Below, one piece after another: positions 37,973-45,506 of a stretch of 64,000 bases of DNA. Made by a program: the position numbers and the translations under genes. Below the pieces are notes generated by a model. It ran no database searches. It was not told the DNA's origin and was given only the letters and a program-made list of their open reading frames with translations. The stretch comes from Candidatus Latescibacterota bacterium (GTDB taxonomy: Bacteria; Latescibacterota; UBA2968; UBA8231). The stretch's first letter is position 1; every line of letters starts with the position of its first letter. The DNA lies in contig CBDCDC010000002.1 in assembly GCA_965215195.1 (NCBI GenBank), positions 1,600,001 through 1,664,000 of the forward strand. Reading direction: 5' to 3'.

Positions 37973-38380
37973 TCAGTTACGCTGCGGTTCCGTGGCGATG
38001 ACCTGATCGATGACGCCCACTTGGCGAGCAATATCCATGATCTGGACAATTTGCCCGTGCGTAGAGCGCTCGTCTCCCTGGATAATAATCATCGTGGTGT
38101 TGTCCAGCAGTTGTCTCTTCGCCTGCAATTCCTCTTTGAGGGTTGCAAAGGTCACCGACTTGTGGTTCAGCTTCATGTTGCCGTCTTGGTCCACGACGAT
38201 AAAGAGGTTCTCCTTCTCCGGAGCCTGAGCCTCTTCGGCCTCGGGCAATTTGATATCCAAACCCGGAGTAATGGCGAACACAGCGGTCACCATAAAGAAG
38301 ATGAGTAGCTGAAAGACCACGTCAATCATCGGCGTCAGATCGGGCATGGTCAGTTCTTTTTTTTCTACTCTCTCAGCCAT
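37973..38380 (-). CDS. exbD: ExbD/TolR biopolymer transport protein
   Basis: LTPMIDVVFQLLIFFMV with the conserved TM Asp; I.GD....HG..V..MD. Confidence 0.93.
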   Translation of the reverse strand: MAERVEKKELTMPDLTPMIDVVFQLLIFFMVTAVFAITPGLDIKLPEAEEAQAPEKENLFIVVDQDGNMKLNHKSVTFATLKEELQAKRQLLDNTTMIIIQGDERSTHGQIVQIMDIARQVGVIDQVIATEPQRN

Positions 38381-38409
38381 CTATTCATGCCTCCTAAGAA
38401 GAGCCGCCC

Positions 38410-39063
38410 TTAGGCAGCTTGAGTGCCTTGCCAGCGACGCAGCAGGGCGTCCACAAAACCGTGGCCGTATGCTTCAAACTCAACGGACTTGCCTGTGGCG
38501 CGGTTACTAAAGTACGTGAAGATGGCAATTGAAGGCACAGCAATCACCAGACCGGTAACTGTGGTGATCAGCGCTTCGGAAATACCTGCGGCGACGATCG
38601 TCGGCTCACCGAGACCCTTTTCCGCAATACCTTCGAAAGCGTTGATCATACCGTTGACCGTGCCCAGCAGGCCGAGCAACACCACGGATTTGGACACGAA
38701 GTCGATAACGGCCAGATACCGTTCGAGATATCCCAAGGCGGCGCGTTCAACCGTGCCGTTCATTTCCTCGCGCATCTCCTCCATCGTGCGTTGCTCGCGC
38801 GATAAATGCTCAAAGCGCTCGAGCCCTTCGCCGTACACCTCGCCTTCGAGCTTGCCGACCTCGGCGCAGTACTCTCTGAGCTGGTTAATGGAAGCACCCG
38901 AGTCGATACGCGCATTGATGTCGTTGGTGATTTCGGCCAATTCGTCCTCGGAGCGCAGCCGTGCATAAGTCCAGATGCGCTCGAGAAAGAACGCAATGGA
39001 AAGCATAGACCAGAGCCCCAAAGGATACATGAAAGGTCCGCCTTCTCGAAAAAGTTCAATCAT
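38410..39063 (-). CDS. exbB: MotA/TolQ/ExbB proton channel protein
   Basis: GG.FM.PL, LLGLLGTV.GMI.AF, GISEALITT..GL.IAVP. Confidence 0.92.
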   Translation of the reverse strand: MIELFREGGPFMYPLGLWSMLSIAFFLERIWTYARLRSEDELAEITNDINARIDSGASINQLREYCAEVGKLEGEVYGEGLERFEHLSREQRTMEEMREEMNGTVERAALGYLERYLAVIDFVSKSVVLLGLLGTVNGMINAFEGIAEKGLGEPTIVAAGISEALITTVTGLVIAVPSIAIFTYFSNRATGKSVEFEAYGHGFVDALLRRWQGTQAA

Positions 39064-39105
39064 TTTCTTTCTCCCTCCTTAAGTTAGGACGCAAAAAAAT
39101 CAAGG

Positions 39106-42100
39106 TTATAGGACGCGAGCTTCCTGCATTACCTCTAGCTGCTCTCTGGCATAGTCCACCTGCGTCACGTACTTGGGGTTGTCGCCATAGTTGTCGACGA
39201 CTTCCTGAAAGATGGCACCGGCTTGGCGGAATTCTTCTTGGGCCATATAGGCGGCACCGACGTTGACCAGCGAGTTGACAGCTTGGTCGCTCTTGGGGTA
39301 CTTCTGCTGCACCTCCTTGAAGATCGCCATTGCCTCGTCGTAATTCTTCTCAGCTAAGAGCTTTTCACCTGTTGCATAAAGATTGTAGGCATCGATTTCA
39401 GCCAAGTGGCCGAGCAGGGTTCTTGCCTTTTTCGGCAGCACTCGATCTTGGGCAATCAGCTTGTCAGCGGGAAAGCGGTCCAAGAAAGTCTGGTAGCTCT
39501 CGGTGGCCTTCTCGTAATTTTTGAGGCCGTAATAGTAATCTCCGAGCGTAAATTGGCTGCGCGCCCCATAAGTACCATCGGAATATTCAGCGACGATTCG
39601 CTCGAAGACCGGCACCGCCTCTTCCTTTCGGTTGAGGTTAATCAGGCACCAAGCCTTGTTGTAGAGCGCATCGTCCATATGGCTCGACCTAGGATAGCGC
39701 TTAATGATTCGGTCATAGAAGACCATAGCATCTAGGAAGTTCTGGTTTTTGTCCTCCAAGCCGCTCCTATTAGTCATGTTAAATAGGGCATCGCCAGCGC
39801 GAAAAAGCGCCTCAGATGCATAGCGGGACCGCGGATACTTATCTGCTAGGCTAGCAAAAATATCGCTGGCAGCTCGCCATTTACCCATCCGATAATGCGC
39901 CCAAGCATCGTAGTAATAAGCATGCACAGCGCGCTCGTCTTCGGGATATTGGTTGTAATAGGCATTGAACGCCTTTGACATCGCTGGTAGCACTTCGACA
40001 TTGCCGTTAGCCGATAGCCTGTTATAAGCTACGCCGATTTGGAACTGGGCATTTTTGGCCCAAGCAATCTGCGGGTAGTTTTCGATGATAGTGTTATAAG
40101 TGGCAATCGCTTGGACGAACTGCTCCGACCTGTAGAAGCAGTTGCCTTGGACGAAGAGCGCGTTGGCAATGCTCTCGGCATTAATGGCCAGATTGATTAG
40201 CTCCTGGGCCGCGTCAATACTTTGCTGAAATTTATCTAGTTTGAAGTAGGCATTGGCCAAGCGAATGAGTAAGCGCTCCCGGTCCTCGCTAGAGGTAGTA
40301 GTAGCCAACATCTCCTCGTAAATGCGCACCGCTTCCTCTGGATTGCCCTTCTTTTCGGCCATTGAGATCAGCTGCAGCCGCGCCGAACGCACCAAGCTCT
40401 CGTCTCCTGAAGCAATGACTTCGTTCAGCAGCTTCTCCGCCTCGTCGTCGCTGCCTTCCGCAGAGTACGAGAGTGCCATCGAGAAAGTAACCTTTAGCTG
40501 CATAGCCTTCGGAATCTTGGTGTCCAATAGCCACTTGTAATCGACCAGCGCACGGTCGTAACGGCCCGAATAGTGGTAGGCCAATGCACGACCGTAGCGG
40601 CAGTCGCGAATGACATCGCTTTCTGGGTACTCTTCAAGTACCATGGTGTAGCGCTCGACTGCGTCGACGTAGTTCTTATTGTTAAGGTCGAGTTGAGCCA
40701 TCTGGAAATGGGCCCTAGCCTCCAAGTCGCGGTCGCCGGTTACACCTTCCAGCAATTGATTGAGCAACGCACGCCCCTCGACGATGCGATCTTGAGAAAT
40801 ATAGATATTGGCCGCCTCAATCAGCGCGGCGATGTACGTCTCGCGGGCATCGCGGTCAACCTTGGAAAAAGCAGCGACGGCCTCGTCTTGCCGCCCTTCG
40901 TCTCGGTAGAGAATACCAAGGCCATAGTAAGCATCGGCCGTATGCCGCGTATCCTGATAGCTTTCCGTTATGGCCTTGTAGGCTCCAATGGCCTCCTCGA
41001 CTTTCTGCTGCTCGTAGCTGAGCCGAGCGATGCGCAACAAGCACAACGGCGCTTGGTCAGAACGGGGGAAGTTGTCCACCGCCTGCGTGTAACTCGCAAT
41101 AGCCTGGTCCACCACGCCGAATTTCTCGGCAGACCAACCTGCGCTATAAAGCGCTGCGGAGCGCAAACCCGTATCGCTATCCGGGTAATCCATCAGCAGT
41201 TGTAGGTAGTCTTCGCGGGCAGCGGCGTAGTCCCCGGCGAAGTATTTAGCTTCGCCTTTCTGATACTGAGCGTTAGATGGATAAGGCGTATCCCCGTAGA
41301 GTTCAATCACTTGGTTGTAAGCGGTCCATGCCTCGTCGAACTTATCCCACTCCATGTAGTTGTCGCCAATTCTCATCTGCACCTTAGCCTTGTAAAAGCG
41401 CTCCTCGGCGGTTTCCTGAGCGGCGATCAATTCTTGGTAGGCTTCCTCGAACTGATCTGTTTTGCGAAAAATTTCAGCGACGCGCAACGAGGAGGTCTCG
41501 AAGAGCTCTCGGTAGTTTTCAAAATCGACATTCTTACCCTCGCGAAACGAACCGCGCAGGAGTTCAAACATCCGGTCGTAGAGATTGCGCACATCGCGAT
41601 AGGCTTTAATTGCCTCCTCGTCGCGTCCCATCTGGTCATAGGCTCTGGCCTCCAGATAGAGGGCCTGAGCAATGACCGGGCTATTGGGGTACTTGTCGAG
41701 GACTATCTGGGTCATGTCGACAGCTACACCGTACTCACCCTTCTCATAAAGAGCACTGGCGATGCGATATTGGGAATCCGGAGCATAGCGATCTTGCGGA
41801 TAAGCCGCCAGCATGCCGTTGAGCGTTTCGATGGACTGGTCGTATTCTTTTGTATTAAACTCGCTCCAGCCCGCGTAAAAATACGCCTTGCCGGCTTCTT
41901 TCGTCTCGGGGAACAACTCGACATAGCGCTTGTATTCCTTTGCTGCCTCGCCGTACTCTTTGGCGAGGAAGCGGGTCTCGGCGACTTGGAACTGCACCAA
42001 TGACCTGAAATCCTCGGCTACGGTCCCGACGTCAATAACTTGGCGATAGGCTTCCACCGCTTTTTCGTGTTGCCCGCTCTTTTTGTAGGCATTGCCCAGC

Positions 42101-42351
42101 TGGTACCAAGCCGCCGCGACTACGGGCAATTCCAATTCGTTGCCAAACACCACCCGTACACTATCGGTGCGCACGGCCTTGCTATTGAACTTGACTATCT
42201 TTGAATACTCGAGGATCGCCCCTTCAAACTCGCCAAGGGCATAGAGAGATTGTCCGGCGTCAAAACTGGTCTTCAGATTTTGCGGCACCGGTAGAAAAAG
42301 GCTAGCTCCTAGCCCCAATCCTAGTGCGATAAGTCCAGCCCAGACCGTCAT
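39106..42351 (-). CDS. Large tetratricopeptide-repeat protein (YbgF/BamD-like repeats)
   Basis: 1081 aa, N-terminal hydrophobic segment, many A.Y..G...Y.....YP.S units. Confidence 0.88.
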   Translation of the reverse strand: MTVWAGLIALGLGLGASLFLPVPQNLKTSFDAGQSLYALGEFEGAILEYSKIVKFNSKAVRTDSVRVVFGNELELPVVAAAWYQLGNAYKKSGQHEKAVEAYRQVIDVGTVAEDFRSLVQFQVAETRFLAKEYGEAAKEYKRYVELFPETKEAGKAYFYAGWSEFNTKEYDQSIETLNGMLAAYPQDRYAPDSQYRIASALYEKGEYGVAVDMTQIVLDKYPNSPVIAQALYLEARAYDQMGRDEEAIKAYRDVRNLYDRMFELLRGSFREGKNVDFENYRELFETSSLRVAEIFRKTDQFEEAYQELIAAQETAEERFYKAKVQMRIGDNYMEWDKFDEAWTAYNQVIELYGDTPYPSNAQYQKGEAKYFAGDYAAAREDYLQLLMDYPDSDTGLRSAALYSAGWSAEKFGVVDQAIASYTQAVDNFPRSDQAPLCLLRIARLSYEQQKVEEAIGAYKAITESYQDTRHTADAYYGLGILYRDEGRQDEAVAAFSKVDRDARETYIAALIEAANIYISQDRIVEGRALLNQLLEGVTGDRDLEARAHFQMAQLDLNNKNYVDAVERYTMVLEEYPESDVIRDCRYGRALAYHYSGRYDRALVDYKWLLDTKIPKAMQLKVTFSMALSYSAEGSDDEAEKLLNEVIASGDESLVRSARLQLISMAEKKGNPEEAVRIYEEMLATTTSSEDRERLLIRLANAYFKLDKFQQSIDAAQELINLAINAESIANALFVQGNCFYRSEQFVQAIATYNTIIENYPQIAWAKNAQFQIGVAYNRLSANGNVEVLPAMSKAFNAYYNQYPEDERAVHAYYYDAWAHYRMGKWRAASDIFASLADKYPRSRYASEALFRAGDALFNMTNRSGLEDKNQNFLDAMVFYDRIIKRYPRSSHMDDALYNKAWCLINLNRKEEAVPVFERIVAEYSDGTYGARSQFTLGDYYYGLKNYEKATESYQTFLDRFPADKLIAQDRVLPKKARTLLGHLAEIDAYNLYATGEKLLAEKNYDEAMAIFKEVQQKYPKSDQAVNSLVNVGAAYMAQEEFRQAGAIFQEVVDNYGDNPKYVTQVDYAREQLEVMQEARVL

Positions 42352-42408
42352 TTGTGTATCTCCTTATCTAGGTTTCTAGTTTGGAGTTCATCTAGGGCTT
42401 TTTTTGTT

Positions 42409-43347
42409 TTAGAATTGGTATGCAAAGGAGAACCGATGCGCCCCATTGGTCTCGGTCAAGTCCAAGCTGATGTCATACGCATAGTCGAACATCAACTGAT
42501 TCCACTGATAGCCCAACCCCGCATTCAACCCCCCCCCCGCGTCCTCCGACACCAAACGACGCCCCCCCGCCCGCAGCAGCAACCCCTCCACCACCTGCGT
42601 CTCCCCACCGACGACCAACCCCTGATCCGAACCCTCCCCCGTCAAGTCCCGAACCACGTATTGCACCGACACCAACGACTGACTGCTCAGCCGATAGCCC
42701 ACCCCCACATGCACGTCCATCGGCAACGCACCCGCATCCGCGTCGCCAGCCACCTCGCCATACGCCACATTCGGCTGGTTGACATTCTTCAACAACACCC
42801 CCACCTGCGCCCCTGGCACCGGACTCTGCCACAGCAAACCCAAATCCAAGCCCACGTTGCCCGCGCTCTGGTTCGACAGCGGATCGGGACCATTCACCGG
42901 ATCATCGGGAATGGAGCCCACGCTCCAAAACAGATACTTGGCCGACACCCCCACCTGCAGCCGCCGCTGCACCTGATACGACAGCGCCACAAACGCCCCG
43001 TTCTCGCTCATCAGCGACGAGCCAATCCGTTCATATCCCAAGCCCAAGCCCAGCCGGTCACCCAAAGGCTGCGCATAGGACACCACGTGCTGACCCAAGT
43101 CGTCGCCTTCGATGCCCGCATACAAAAGCGACACATTGGTGTAGGCCACCTGCCGCTGCGCCACCTGACCCAACCCCGCCGGGTTGGCAAACACCGCATC
43201 CGCGTTGTCGGCCACCGCCACAAAGCTGTTGCCCAACCCCTGCGCACGCGCTCCCGAACCCACATTCTGAATGTTCACAACCCCTTCGCTTGATTGGGCG
43301 ACGAACAGCAAGCCGATTAAAATACTAAGCATTTTTAGAGATTTCAT
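42409..43347 (-). CDS. PorV/PorP-like outer-membrane beta-barrel
   Basis: Signal peptide, GARAQGLGNSFVAVADNADAVFANPAGL (PorV/FadL plug motif), FDYAY, C-terminal HRFSFAYQF; GGAGGAG RBS. Confidence 0.8.
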   Translation of the reverse strand: MKSLKMLSILIGLLFVAQSSEGVVNIQNVGSGARAQGLGNSFVAVADNADAVFANPAGLGQVAQRQVAYTNVSLLYAGIEGDDLGQHVVSYAQPLGDRLGLGLGYERIGSSLMSENGAFVALSYQVQRRLQVGVSAKYLFWSVGSIPDDPVNGPDPLSNQSAGNVGLDLGLLWQSPVPGAQVGVLLKNVNQPNVAYGEVAGDADAGALPMDVHVGVGYRLSSQSLVSVQYVVRDLTGEGSDQGLVVGGETQVVEGLLLRAGGRRLVSEDAGGGLNAGLGYQWNQLMFDYAYDISLDLTETNGAHRFSFAYQF

Positions 43348-43382
43348 AATGCCAACTCCTCCTTGGTGGTCTCGCTTAAAGG

Positions 43383-44129
43383 CTAGTTTGCCTTAGCGAC
43401 TTTAGGAATGACCGTGCCGTCCTTGTAAATCTTGCCGATATCTCGGACGAATTTATAGGAAATATTGGTGGTCTCCACCGGCTCGTTGCGAAAGTCAAAT
43501 CGCAGGATTACATCAAGCACTTGGACTTCGATATCACTCACGTCGGGGTGGAGTACGGGAAAAATGACGAAACCCTCCGCCTCTTGGCCGCTGAAGATCT
43601 CCTCGTCTTTGAGCATCGTCCGCCTCAGCAAGTCGCGGCGCTCCTGGTAGCGGGCATATTCGTTGCCCCTATAGCCTATGGCATAGGCGCGATAATAAGT
43701 ATCGAGTTGCTCAAAGTTGAGACTCCAATACTCACGCTTATTGCTCGCTTTGACGACGATTTTGCTCGGATCAATCTTGACTTTGGGATAGGCGTAATTC
43801 TTAATGCTGAGACGAAAGACGGTGAATCGCTGTTTTTCTTCGTCTGTCCCCCAAAATACCGTATTGCCAAAGGTATAGGGGTTTGTGGACTTAGGACCCG
43901 CTTGGGAATTGTTGAAAAACTGGCGGTTCAATTCCTCGTCAGTCATAGGCTTGAGTCGCACTTCAAAGCGGTCCTGGGCAAAGGTCAGGGTCCCGTCATC
44001 TGCCACGCTGATAGACGAGGCCTGGTCTTGGCCAGGCTGTAATGGCCCTGTGTAATAGCTATATCCACAGCCCAGCAAACCCGAGCCAATAATCAAGGCC
44101 GAGAATAATACTCGTGTGAAACTCATCAT
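43383..44129 (-). CDS. Conserved hypothetical lipoprotein (paralog of 58839-59597)
   Basis: LLGC lipobox; PMTDEELNRQF, NPYTFGN, QRFTVFR, NY.YPKV. Confidence 0.8.
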   Translation of the reverse strand: MMSFTRVLFSALIIGSGLLGCGYSYYTGPLQPGQDQASSISVADDGTLTFAQDRFEVRLKPMTDEELNRQFFNNSQAGPKSTNPYTFGNTVFWGTDEEKQRFTVFRLSIKNYAYPKVKIDPSKIVVKASNKREYWSLNFEQLDTYYRAYAIGYRGNEYARYQERRDLLRRTMLKDEEIFSGQEAEGFVIFPVLHPDVSDIEVQVLDVILRFDFRNEPVETTNISYKFVRDIGKIYKDGTVIPKVAKAN

Positions 44130-45062
44130 TCAGAAACTCCTCGGTGGTACAGCTTCTGTGTATAAAGAGGCTTTCAAACGCCCCCAAGACCTCGACTCCA
44201 CAGCCGTCCCTTGAAAAGTACCCTCTAGCGGCATCAGGATCAAGTCAGTGAAGCGATCGGAAAAGCGATACGAGTTGTGTTGGCCCGAAAGCGACCACTT
44301 AGCATCAAAAAGCTCTGAATGCGCATCAAGATCGTTGAACTCTACATTAAAACCAAGGATTTCACCTTCCCGCAAGAGGTGCTCTTCGCTTTGAAAGACC
44401 GCATTGATATCGACGTGGTCAAAAGGCAGAAGCATGACTTCGTAGTTCGTCACTCCCTCTCCTCCCAAGATGCCTATAAACTCAACTGCCGCCCTAGTAT
44501 AGGGACCATCGGATAGCGCGTACCAAGCGGCGGCGGAAAAATTGACGAAGAAATCTTCGTCAGGCGACGGGCCAGCCAGAACGAAGTGATTGGCTTCAGA
44601 TCCGTTGCGTCGCCTCTGCTCTTCGTGGCTCAACTCGGTGAAATTGGCGAATTGTCCCCCTGAGTGGTCCGCGTCGATAAATAATTCCATCGCATCGTCT
44701 TGGAAAAGCACCGTAGCACTACCGGCAGGACGATCGATCTGATGTATATCATCGCGAACCAGAGCAGCGATGTAGAGCCTGTTCATCGCTTTATTCCACC
44801 CTACCATGAGACGGGCGGAAAAATCGCCCGAATCGCTCGCCTTAACTTTTGGACTAATCAGGTCGTGAAATTGACCCGTTAATATAGCGTAGGAGTCGCC
44901 TACAACCTCCCAATCTCTCAAATCTCCATCAATGGTGGGAACCAAGTGATCGGGAAATTGAAAGGCTCTATAGGCCACTCCTTCGGGGTAATGACCCAGA
45001 ACCGATTTAGTCGAGCCTACTATTATCTGTAGCACCAGCCCTAAAAAAATAAACGCGACCAT
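44130..45062 (-). CDS. Secreted CBM9-like sugar-binding domain protein with C-terminal AVE..SWG.LKA motif
   Basis: PTIDGDL.DW, GWN....RLY, DDIH, D..E.FIDADHSGG, G..LGF....ND.D. Confidence 0.7.
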   Translation of the reverse strand: MVAFIFLGLVLQIIVGSTKSVLGHYPEGVAYRAFQFPDHLVPTIDGDLRDWEVVGDSYAILTGQFHDLISPKVKASDSGDFSARLMVGWNKAMNRLYIAALVRDDIHQIDRPAGSATVLFQDDAMELFIDADHSGGQFANFTELSHEEQRRRNGSEANHFVLAGPSPDEDFFVNFSAAAWYALSDGPYTRAAVEFIGILGGEGVTNYEVMLLPFDHVDINAVFQSEEHLLREGEILGFNVEFNDLDAHSELFDAKWSLSGQHNSYRFSDRFTDLILMPLEGTFQGTAVESRSWGRLKASLYTEAVPPRSF

Positions 45063-45450
45063 AGAACCTCGGCCAACGCCCTCTCATCCGTTTTTTGATG
45101 TCTTTCAATCTATTATCGGGCTGTATGATAATCAATGGTCTAAGACGTGTCAAGATATATTAGAGACCGCCGTGAAAACAATGGACCTATAACGGATAAA
45201 ACCAATAAATAACAATACGTTAGGGTTATTCAACCCTCGTACAACTCTTTGCAAATCACCTCATCCGTGCCTCGACTGCACTGATTATCTAAGCGATTGA
45301 CGACAAAGGCCCCTTCTTTTCGTACTCGTCGGCCCGATCTGACTATCTTGAGATGCTCATCAATATACTATATACTATAGAATAGCAAAACCTCACGTGC
45401 TTAGCCCGGCTGGTGCGGGCTGAGATAGAGTGAGCAACTGCCGTCGGCGT
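45063..45450. promoter_or_regulatory. AT-rich divergent promoter region
   Basis: Non-coding, AT-rich interval between divergently transcribed gene blocks; individual sites not resolved. Confidence 0.45.
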
Positions 45451-45506
45451 CTTTGTTATGCTCGTCGCAGGCAATCAAGGCCTACATTCTTGTGCGGAGG
45501 TATTCG

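Noticed and set aside
37973-42351. Canonical Tol-Pal or TonB uptake operon
   Set aside because: No recognisable tolA/tolB/pal or TonB-dependent receptor adjacent.
42352-43293. 313-aa H/Q/P/R-rich plus-strand ORF
   Set aside because: By-product of the strand skew in the antisense PorV-like gene.
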